Below, one piece after another: positions 9,350 through 17,176 of a stretch of DNA of 17,176 nt. The stretch covers positions 1-17,176 of the forward strand of contig CAXXSM010000033.1 of assembly GCA_963663405.2 (NCBI GenBank), written 5' to 3'. A program made the position numbers and the translations under genes. The notes under the pieces are model-generated. The model did not search any database, was not told the origin of the DNA, and saw nothing but the letters and a program-made list of their open reading frames with translations. The stretch's first letter is position 1; each line of letters begins with the position of its first letter. The stretch comes from a bacterium (lineage in GTDB: Bacteria; Hinthialibacterota; Hinthialibacteria; Hinthialibacterales; Hinthialibacteraceae).

Positions 9350-9407
9350 ATGAAAATGAGTCGCGGAAGTTTTTACGAATGAGATAGTTTTAGGGACTCA
9401 TTTTCAT
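9350..9407. repeat. 13-bp perfect inverted repeat with a 32-nt spacer
   Basis: ATGAAAATGAGTC (9350-9362) / GACTCATTTTCAT (9395-9407). Confidence 0.8.
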
Positions 9408-9579
9408 ACAAATGATAACAATAACTGCGGCCTCACATCATCCGCGTATCGTGTTTAGTTCACAGCCATAGAGTCGATTATTTCAGATAAATCCTGGTTC
9501 TACAGTAATCCCAACCATGTTAATCCAATCTATCCGGCTCCCATCCCTGGAGAAATGGGAATGAGATAGAAGTTATTGA

Positions 9580-10011
9580 TTATTTACTCGTATACATTCC
9601 CCGGCCCACTTTTTCAATGGCATTGTTATTCACTTGTTTTTTCAGTTCAAGGTACAATACGCGTCGAGGATCTTTTGCTTTGCTTTTATATCCCTCCGCT
9701 TTGATCGCATCCATAATCTCTTCGATCTTCATCGGCTCCGGTCCCAGAACCTCAATCAAATGATCGCCAAGAGATCGTTTTTTACCAGTGGACTTTACCT
9801 TCTCTCTTTTCATTTTTGGTTTGGGGCCCCGCTTTTTCGCCGGCGCGGCGGCAGGCATAGAGGAACCGAACGCTTTGTTTAACGCGTCTACATGACTGCG
9901 GGCTTCATTCAAGATATCATTTTCATTCTGCTGCGCTTTGGTTTTAACAAGATCAAGCAGTTCACCGAGGGAGTAATACTGGAGGATTGTCGATGCGTTT
10001 GGTTTAGCCAT
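9580..10011 (-). CDS. Small basic protein with a predicted C-terminal winged helix; putative nucleoid-associated DNA-binding protein
   Basis: 143 aa. Helical N-terminus, K/P/A-rich linker (APAKKRGPKPK), then L.DHLIEVL..EPMKIEEI..A...GY.....IEKVGRGMY. Has an AAAGGT SD-like motif and its own promoter. Confidence 0.75.
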   Translation of the reverse strand: MAKPNASTILQYYSLGELLDLVKTKAQQNENDILNEARSHVDALNKAFGSSMPAAAPAKKRGPKPKMKREKVKSTGKKRSLGDHLIEVLGPEPMKIEEIMDAIKAEGYKSKAKDPRRVLYLELKKQVNNNAIEKVGRGMYTSK

Positions 10012-10064
10012 TATATCATCACTACCTTTCTACATAAATAGAATTACTCATTGTAATAACACTC

Positions 10065-10093
10065 AGTATAAAACTCAGATAAGATTTTGTCTA
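10065..10093 (-). promoter_or_regulatory. Sigma70-type promoter of the winged-helix gene
   Basis: -35 TAGACA (10093-10088), 17-nt spacer, -10 TATACT (10070-10065), with A/T tracts upstream. Confidence 0.7.
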
Positions 10094-10697
10094 CACTTTG
10101 TTAAAAAAAAAGGCAATTTTTCATCTTTTGTTTTTTATCTATTTCAATATCATTTCCAATCAACGACTTGCAGTTGATAGTCAATTCTTATTGCCCAAAA
10201 AATAGCCAACAGTCAACATCGTGATGTTATCTATATCGTTAAAAGTATGAATACAACGGATACGTTGAATGAATTGCTAAATAAAACACAAGGAAAATAC
10301 TAGTAAGGCGCTTCCAAAAGGTGAATTCCGTGGCAAGATAACGTGACAGGAATCGATTATTACAATCCGCTGACTATCTCCGTATCCATAGACTTTAATA
10401 CACAAGATTTACTTACACCGCCTTTGCGGAGATTGGTTTAACAACCAAATCAAGCGGCGGCGCGTATAAGTGAATGACACGATCCAGCAATCAAAGACAG
10501 GCGCCGCGCCCAGCTTTACAATCCCAAAGATACTTCCATCTGATTCACGTTTTATTGATACTCCATCCCTTTCTTGTCGCTCATTTACTTCATCAGAAAG
10601 GATTCATGCTATTTTGAGCGCTAAACTTTTCTACTGCATTTGAATAATAAACAGCGATGAATCCCGCAGAATTTCCTGCCAGAAATGAGCCAAAGAC

Positions 10698-10723
10698 AAA
10701 AAAAAGGCGCTTGAAGCGCCTTT
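10698..10723 (-). terminator. Intrinsic terminator after the MFS gene
   Basis: On - strand AAAGGCGCTTCAAGCGCC followed by T8. Confidence 0.85.
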
Positions 10724-10765
10724 GCCAGTTGAATCAATAAAATAAACAATATTTCTGATCCACAG

Positions 10766-12187
10766 TTATTCACTTGCCGCTGTGGACGGCAGGTCTTCCT
10801 CTTCATCCGAAATCATTTTTCCGCCTGTGTCCGGCGCGAAGGCAATGACAATCAATCCAAGTAGATAGACCGAACACATAATCATCATTCCCTTCCGATA
10901 ATCACCATCGAAGGCTTCCACGAGATATCCGCCCCCGATTACGCAGAATCCTGTCAAGATACGTCCAATGTTGTAAGCGAAACCCTGTCCCGTGGCGCGG
11001 ATGCGTGTCGGAAACAGTTCAGGAAGAAACTTCGGCAGCCAGCCAAAGAACGCCGTCACAAAAAGTCCAGCGATCGCGCCCATCCATAACATGGGATAAC
11101 CGAAGACTGTATTCAGGCCAAACAGCGCCAACACGGAAAGCCATGCGGTGATACAAAGGAAACACCACGATCGTTTGTTGCCCCACGCCCCCGCGATGAC
11201 TCCGCCCATGAATCCACCGATTACCTGCCCGTAGGACTGCCATTTGCCCACTTTCGAACCCGCGATCATTTCAAATTCCGTTCCCTGCGCGATTTGATCG
11301 GCATACGCCGCCAGCCAGAGAAATGATCCCCACGTGCCGATCAACGCGATTGTCGAGAGCAGGCTTCCAACGACTGTGCTGCGCCGGTAGCGGGGCGTAA
11401 AGAGCTCGCTCAGCGAGGTTTTCTGTTTTTTCTCACGGGCAATTCTCCATTTTGTGGTCTCCGGCACGAAGCAAATGACCAAGAGACTACTGATCCCGAT
11501 CACACAACCCGCGCCGATCACCCATCGCCAATTGAAACCGTAATACCGCATATATTCCGAATAGGAGGCGGCGATGAAATAGCCGATATTGGCGCCCATC
11601 CCCATGCATCCCGCCAACACCGCACGGTATTTATCCGGCCAGGTCTCCACCATAATCGCCACACTGAGCGGCCACGCGCCCCCCAAACCAAGCGCGCCGA
11701 GAAACCGGCACGCGAGAAAGATACTCCAATGAGGAGAAAAGGCGGACAATCCAGTGAAGCCCGAATAGACAATTACCGCGAAAATAAGACTCTTGACACG
11801 TCCATACTGATCCCCCATCCGCCCAAATATCACCCCCCCGGTGGCGGCCCCCCATAACCAGAACGCGAGCGCCCAGCCAAAATACTTGCTGATCGGCCCA
11901 TCGATCTCTTTTTTCAGTTCCTCCGCGCGTTCTTCCAGCGCCTCGGTTGGCGCCCCCGCGGCCTTCTGCGCTTGGATCTCATCAAGCAAGGTCACTTTTT
12001 GCTCATTCAGTTCAGAAATTCCAGGGAGGAGTTCCAGCAAGGCGGGGCGGCTCATGTAACTGTAAACTCCTTGTTCCACCCCATCAAACGTCCAAGCCAG
12101 CAAAGCGGCGATCAACGCCAGCCATCGGTAAAACGAACTCCGTTGGTATATATCATCCGTCGCCTTTAACATTCGTTCGTCCGCCAT
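10766..12187 (-). CDS. MFS transporter (SHS/aromatic-acid-like; substrate unknown)
   Basis: WTFDGVE, motif A GRMGDQYGRVK, ETWPDKYRA and PELFPTRIRATGQG..YNIGR; about 12 TMs. AAGGAG SD precedes ATG 12187. Confidence 0.93.
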   Translation of the reverse strand: MADERMLKATDDIYQRSSFYRWLALIAALLAWTFDGVEQGVYSYMSRPALLELLPGISELNEQKVTLLDEIQAQKAAGAPTEALEERAEELKKEIDGPISKYFGWALAFWLWGAATGGVIFGRMGDQYGRVKSLIFAVIVYSGFTGLSAFSPHWSIFLACRFLGALGLGGAWPLSVAIMVETWPDKYRAVLAGCMGMGANIGYFIAASYSEYMRYYGFNWRWVIGAGCVIGISSLLVICFVPETTKWRIAREKKQKTSLSELFTPRYRRSTVVGSLLSTIALIGTWGSFLWLAAYADQIAQGTEFEMIAGSKVGKWQSYGQVIGGFMGGVIAGAWGNKRSWCFLCITAWLSVLALFGLNTVFGYPMLWMGAIAGLFVTAFFGWLPKFLPELFPTRIRATGQGFAYNIGRILTGFCVIGGGYLVEAFDGDYRKGMMIMCSVYLLGLIVIAFAPDTGGKMISDEEEDLPSTAASE

Positions 12188-12341
12188 TCGTCTCTCCTTC
12201 ACAACAGAATTGAAATGATACCCAGTGTATCGAAAAAATGTTTCCGCTTCCAGGTTTGGAGCTTCGACGTTTAATACTTATCAAAAAGGATACAGGAAAC
12301 TCAAACTGGATAATTATCCAGCCGCAAGTGAAGTGGCAATA

Positions 12342-13778
12342 TCAGGCGTCCTTGTTGGAGACTGCTGTGGAGGGATTTGTATCCTGAGAGCGTGGCGCTG
12401 CTTGTGATGGCGGATTGTCATTTCGGAGATACACAGTTTGCGTAGGATAGGCGATTTCAAGACCCATCTCCTCCACAATCCGCATAATTGATAAGTTCAT
12501 TTTTTCCCGTACCGCCAAATGCTCATCCCAGACGGTTGTCTTTGAAAAATAGTATATAAATATGTTTAACGCGCTGTCCGCAAATTCCGTAAAACGCACC
12601 AGGATCGTACTCGGCCAGACATCGGGATCATCCCGCAGCAAACGCCGGATCCGCTTCAAGAGTTCTTCCATCTGCGCGGGTTGCGTCCGGTACGAAACGC
12701 CCAAGTAGAACTTGATCCGCCGGACTTTCCGGCGGCTGATATTTTCAATATCCCGGTCGACGATGGAGGAATTGGGGATTGTAATCAACGTTTTCCCAAA
12801 TGTCCGGATTTTCGTGCTGCGAATACCGACCGATTCAATAATGCCTTCCGTCCCCCCTGCGACAACCCAATCTCCAACGGAGAAGGGCCGGTCGGCTAAC
12901 AAAACAATTGAACCGAAGAAATTCTTGATCGTATCTTGCGCGGCCAGACCGATCGCCAAGCCGGACACACCGGCGGCCGCCATGATACTCGTCACGATAG
13001 TTCCGAACTCCAGGTGGTTCAAACCTTGCAGCAGCGCAACGATGATGATGAAGGTTTTCACAGTTCGCTTGATAATCGGTTCAAACGTTTGATCTAAAAA
13101 GTATTCCTTCATATGCGTGACACGCGAAAAGACATTCATCCCCGCGTCAACAAGAAGACATAACGCCCAGGCGATATCCGCCACTAAGATCAAAAACACA
13201 ATATGACCCGATAACAGATTTACCCGGTTTAAAAGGTCCGGTAATTCCCGCCCCGCGAAGAATATCTCCACCGCGATGTATATTCCCAATACAGCGATCG
13301 CCAAACGCAGCGGCGGGATCACGGTTCGAAACAACGTGACCAATTCATCATCCAATTTCGTTTTCGTTTTGGATGTGATCTGGATGAAGAAATTCAAAAT
13401 CCAGCTGGCGACGGCGTACCGCAATGTAAGGGAGAAAAATATGATCACGATAGAAAGAAAATACTGCCAAACCGGCCAGCCCAACAGATCTCCGGTTAAC
13501 AACGAGAACACCCAATCAAATGCCCAGCCCGTCCATGACTCCGGCCCACCGAGAAAACCGATCACACCCGCGCGAGTATTGTCAATTGTGTTGGACGCCA
13601 TATCAATCAACGCTTTGGTTCCTTGATGCATCGCGCCCATCATATTATCCGTCGCGCGGACAATCCTTGTAGCGGATTCTGGAGATGAGTCCGGCGTTTG
13701 CGCTCCGTGGGAAACAGGCGTCAAACCAAAGTGAAGAAACAAAACGGCGGCCATTAAATATAATGGTTTTCGTTTCAT
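12342..13778 (-). CDS. MscS family mechanosensitive channel (YnaI-like, with N-terminal extension)
   Basis: GLAIGLAAQDTIKNFFG..DRPFSVGDWV..G.IESVGIRSTKIRT..IPNS. Signal-peptide-like N-terminus and GGAGG SD. Confidence 0.95.
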   Translation of the reverse strand: MKRKPLYLMAAVLFLHFGLTPVSHGAQTPDSSPESATRIVRATDNMMGAMHQGTKALIDMASNTIDNTRAGVIGFLGGPESWTGWAFDWVFSLLTGDLLGWPVWQYFLSIVIIFFSLTLRYAVASWILNFFIQITSKTKTKLDDELVTLFRTVIPPLRLAIAVLGIYIAVEIFFAGRELPDLLNRVNLLSGHIVFLILVADIAWALCLLVDAGMNVFSRVTHMKEYFLDQTFEPIIKRTVKTFIIIVALLQGLNHLEFGTIVTSIMAAAGVSGLAIGLAAQDTIKNFFGSIVLLADRPFSVGDWVVAGGTEGIIESVGIRSTKIRTFGKTLITIPNSSIVDRDIENISRRKVRRIKFYLGVSYRTQPAQMEELLKRIRRLLRDDPDVWPSTILVRFTEFADSALNIFIYYFSKTTVWDEHLAVREKMNLSIMRIVEEMGLEIAYPTQTVYLRNDNPPSQAAPRSQDTNPSTAVSNKDA

Positions 13779-14046
13779 GATGCTATCGCCTCCAAATAGA
13801 AAAATTAATTATCCTGCATTTTTAAAATAAAATTCACCTTTCAAAAAACTGGGGATAAATCAATGAAAGGATGGGAAAAACCGAAAACAGAATTATATAC
13901 CCTAAGATCGATATGTTGTAACAGGTGGATCATCGCAAGTGAAAAGTTCCCCAATTTTTCAACTGGCTAACTCGGAGCCGGGTATATACGAACACAAATT
14001 TGACGGATATATTAGAAGTCAAAATGGAATGGGAGAATAGAACATA

Positions 14047-15327
14047 ATGAGAAAAATAGTATGGCATTTTTTCATCATCGCGCTGGTATCGATCGGCGGA
14101 AATCAGAGCCTGGCCGAAATTCGCGCGGGTTTAGCGGAAGTCGAAATCACTCCTCCAGCAGGCGGCCCCATGTGGGGATACGCCGGACGCGGGGAATCCG
14201 TGGGTATTCATGATCCACTCTGGGCGCAAGTGCTTTATCTGGAGTCGGGTGATCTATCCCTGGCTCTGATCTGCTGGGACGTATGCGAGTTCCAAACCCC
14301 TTGGCTTCGGCGGCAAACGGATAAAGCCGGAATCGATCATCTGCTCATGCTTAACAGCCACTCGCACGCCGGTCCTGATCTCTTCAAAGACTTTCCCTCA
14401 TCGGAAAAACCGTGGCTCCGGACGATCGAGGAACGCCTTTTAGAGGCGATACACAAAGCGAAAAGCAACCTTTTCGAAGCGTACATCGCCGCCGAGAAGG
14501 GAAGCGTGCCGTTGGCGTATAACCGGCTGCGCCGGGACCGTGATGGATTGGCCACAACAATCTTTAACAACATCGATCATATCCCATACGGTCCGATCGA
14601 TCCCACAGTCGGCGTATTGCGGATCACGGACGTCAATGGCGTGATGAAGGCGGTCATGGTCCATTACGCCTGCCATCCTGTTTGCCTGGGATCAAAGAAC
14701 CTGTGGATTTCCGCCGAATATCCTGGTGTGATGCGCCGTGTTCTCAAAGAACAACTCGAAGACAAACCGGTGGTCATGTTCGTCCAAGGAGGCGGCGGCG
14801 ATTTGAATCCGTTGTTCATCTCCCGGACCGGTGACATTGAAACCGATTTCAAAGCCGTGGAAAAGATGGGATCTCTCATGGCGGAAGAGGCGTACAACGC
14901 CTTACAATGGATCAAAACACCAGGCCAGTCCGGCAGCATTGCCGCCGCTTCCACCGTCATATCATTTCAACGCCGTTGGGAGCCGGAAAAAACAATGCGT
15001 CTCGGTACAACATCCATCCTGATCAATGAAGAAATCGGAATCGTCACCCTTCCCGGTGAGCCATTCATCAAATTCCAACTCGATTTGCGGGAACGGGCGC
15101 ATCTCCCCCATACGTTCCTTTTCGCTTATTGTGACAACGCATACCAAGACTGGCCAAACTGGTATTTACCCGATATCGAATCCGCCGCGCGCGGCGGTTA
15201 TGGCGCAAGTGAAGCCACCATCCCAGAAGTGGGGGCGGGGGAACGTTTACTCAATAAAGGATTAATTCAATTATATGAACTGCGGGGGATGTTAAAACCG
15301 GAACCCTATCCGGGCCGGCGTCCATAG
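14047..15327 (+). CDS. Secreted neutral/alkaline ceramidase N-terminal-domain hydrolase
   Basis: Signal peptide, then RAG.A..EITP...PMWGY, HDPL, SHSHAGP, HYACHP, SAEYPG, QGGGGDLNP and PGEPF. Confidence 0.85.
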   Translation: MRKIVWHFFIIALVSIGGNQSLAEIRAGLAEVEITPPAGGPMWGYAGRGESVGIHDPLWAQVLYLESGDLSLALICWDVCEFQTPWLRRQTDKAGIDHLLMLNSHSHAGPDLFKDFPSSEKPWLRTIEERLLEAIHKAKSNLFEAYIAAEKGSVPLAYNRLRRDRDGLATTIFNNIDHIPYGPIDPTVGVLRITDVNGVMKAVMVHYACHPVCLGSKNLWISAEYPGVMRRVLKEQLEDKPVVMFVQGGGGDLNPLFISRTGDIETDFKAVEKMGSLMAEEAYNALQWIKTPGQSGSIAAASTVISFQRRWEPEKTMRLGTTSILINEEIGIVTLPGEPFIKFQLDLRERAHLPHTFLFAYCDNAYQDWPNWYLPDIESAARGGYGASEATIPEVGAGERLLNKGLIQLYELRGMLKPEPYPGRRP

Positions 15328-15348
15328 TTTCTATTCTGGCAGAGCAAC

Positions 15349-15404
15349 AAAAAATGGCCTTGCAATCTATGAATTCATCAAAAAGATTGCAAGGCCTGCT
15401 TTTT
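15349..15404. terminator. Bidirectional terminator between convergent genes
   Basis: GGCCTTGCAATCT (15356-15368) / AGATTGCAAGGCC (15384-15396), flanked by an A run and a T run. Confidence 0.8.
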
Positions 15405-15418
15405 AGATTTTATTTCGC

Positions 15419-17176
15419 TTACGCCGCGCCGCGCTGTTGCTGTTTTTCCTTCCGGTTTTCAATGATCTCTTCGGCAATGGATGCGGGAACCGGTTCGTAG
15501 TGCTCAAACTGCATATTGAAGTTCGCGCGGCCGGAAGAGAGCGTTCGCAGTTCCGTCGCATAGCCGAACATCTCCGCGAGAGGCACGAGCGCGCGGATTG
15601 TGTTGACTTTCCCCGTAGTTTCCATCCCCTGAATCTGTCCACGTTTTCCACAAAGGTTCCCATTCACAGCGCCAGCGTAGTCAGACGGCGTGGTTACAGT
15701 CACGCGCATAACGGGTTCCATCAATTGGGGTTTGGCGCGCATAAACGCCGCTTTAAACGCCTGACTCGCGCAGATCCGGAAAGCCCGTTCCGACGAATCC
15801 ACCTCATGAAACGAACCGTCATAAAGTTCTACTTTCAAATCAACAATGGGATATTTCGCAAGGACACCTTGCTGCATCGCTTGCACGATGCCTTTCTCAA
15901 CGGCGGGGATATATTCACGAGGAATCGCTCCCCCGACAATCTGATTGATAAATTCAAAGCCCTCACCATGCCGGACCGGTGAGATCCGGAATTCCGTATG
16001 CGCGAAATCGCCCTTGCCACCACTCTGTTTAGCGTAACGATGGTTGATCTCGGCCTCTTTGGTAATCGTCTCGCGATACGCCACTTGGGGGCGGCCGACG
16101 AAAGCGGAGACATTGTATTCCCGTTTCAAGCGGTCTACGAGAATCTCCAAATGCAGCTCGCCCATTCCCGAAATCACCGTCTCCCCTTCTTCTTCGCCAC
16201 TCGTAACGAGGAATGTGGGATCTTCATCCGCCAGCCGCGCAAGGCCCAGTCCGAGCTTATCACTGTCGGACTTGGATTCCGGATGAATGCTGACGGAAAT
16301 AACCGGCGATGGGAATTCAATCGCTTCCAAGACAACGGGCCGTTCGAGCGAGCACAACGTGTCACCCGTTGTTGTATTGGCTAATCCAACCGCGACGCCG
16401 ATGTCCCCGCAGTAAATCGCGTCGCGCTGTTCCTGCTTATTGGCGTGCATCTGCATCAAACGCCCGACCCGCTGCTTTTTCCCACTCGTTGAATTAAGGA
16501 CATACGTTCCCGATTGCATGACCCCGGAATACACACGGAAATAAATGAGTTTCCCCATATGCTTATCCGACACAACTTTAAACGCTAACGCGGCGAGGGG
16601 AGATTCATCACTCGTTTCGCATTGGGTTTCTTCCCCTTCATGCGTCCCAATGACGGGTGGAATATCAACCGGTGAAGGCAGGAAATCCACCACCGCGTCC
16701 AACAACCGGCGAACTTCTTTATTTTTGAAAGCCGCTCCGCAGAGCACCGGAACGATCAGTCTCGCCAACGTCGCCCGCCGGACTCCATTTAATAGTTCTT
16801 CGGCCTCGATCAGTTCATCCGAGCAGAATTTTTCCAGCAGTTCTTCATCCACTTCGCTGACTTTTTCAATCAGGTGTTTATACCATTTGTCACGGATGGG
16901 AAGATATTCTTCCGAAACCGGCTCGATGCGCCGTTGTTCACCCGAATCATCATCGTAATAGTGCATCCGATTATGAATCAAATCGATCACGCCGGTGAGT
17001 TCACCATCTTCCATGATCGGAATCACAACGGGAACCGCGTTCGCGTTTAATTGATCTTCCATCAAATCCAGAACACGGAAAAAGTCCGCCCCAGCCCGGT
17101 CCATTTTATTGACAAAAGCGATCACGGGCACTTCGTATTTCTCCGCCTGCCGCCAGACCGTCTCCGATTGAGGCTC
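15419..17176 (-). CDS. fusA: Elongation factor G, 5'-truncated by the window edge; probably a paralog outside the str operon
   Basis: EPQSETVWRQA, NKMDR, EDPTF, GMGELHLEI, PQVAYRETI, KQSGG, HEVDSS and PLAEMFGYAT. Frame is open to the window end. Confidence 0.96.
   Translation of the reverse strand, partial: EPQSETVWRQAEKYEVPVIAFVNKMDRAGADFFRVLDLMEDQLNANAVPVVIPIMEDGELTGVIDLIHNRMHYYDDDSGEQRRIEPVSEEYLPIRDKWYKHLIEKVSEVDEELLEKFCSDELIEAEELLNGVRRATLARLIVPVLCGAAFKNKEVRRLLDAVVDFLPSPVDIPPVIGTHEGEETQCETSDESPLAALAFKVVSDKHMGKLIYFRVYSGVMQSGTYVLNSTSGKKQRVGRLMQMHANKQEQRDAIYCGDIGVAVGLANTTTGDTLCSLERPVVLEAIEFPSPVISVSIHPESKSDSDKLGLGLARLADEDPTFLVTSGEEEGETVISGMGELHLEILVDRLKREYNVSAFVGRPQVAYRETITKEAEINHRYAKQSGGKGDFAHTEFRISPVRHGEGFEFINQIVGGAIPREYIPAVEKGIVQAMQQGVLAKYPIVDLKVELYDGSFHEVDSSERAFRICASQAFKAAFMRAKPQLMEPVMRVTVTTPSDYAGAVNGNLCGKRGQIQGMETTGKVNTIRALVPLAEMFGYATELRTLSSGRANFNMQFEHYEPVPASIAEEIIENRKEKQQQRGAA

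Noticed and set aside
10436-10530. Integron attC-like start (GTTTAAC-AACCA-AATCAAGC)
   Set aside because: No matching GTTRRRY R' box at the proper position, no cassette ORF ending there and no integrase in the window.
13999-14023. TTTGAC-N13-GTCAAA inverted repeat before the ceramidase-like gene
   Set aside because: Only 6-bp arms in AT-rich DNA, not distinguishable from chance without comparative data.
1-17176. CRISPR array, tRNA/rRNA, transposase or prophage
   Set aside because: No regularly spaced repeats, RNA gene signatures or mobile-element proteins were seen.

Overview
Bacterial chromosomal window with mixed motility, envelope and housekeeping genes. It holds a very large flagellin (about 862 aa once two apparent 1-nt deletions are corrected), a DUF134 HTH/Zn-ribbon gene, a probable lipid-linked glycosylation trio (LAB_N membrane protein, ArnT/PMT-like GT-C, ArnC/GtrB-like GT2) with a ParDE-type toxin-antitoxin pair between the two transferases, an orphan fliG, a small basic winged-helix protein built like a nucleoid-associated or xenogeneic-silencer protein, an MFS transporter, an MscS channel, a secreted ceramidase-N-domain protein and a partial stand-alone EF-G. 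Four single-base frameshifts in the first 7.2 kb all fall at short homopolymers, so sequencing error is a serious alternative to biology for them. Best leads are the Rok-like protein (9580-10011), the glycosylation trio and the internally duplicated flagellin. All family calls come from motif recognition by eye; no searches were run.
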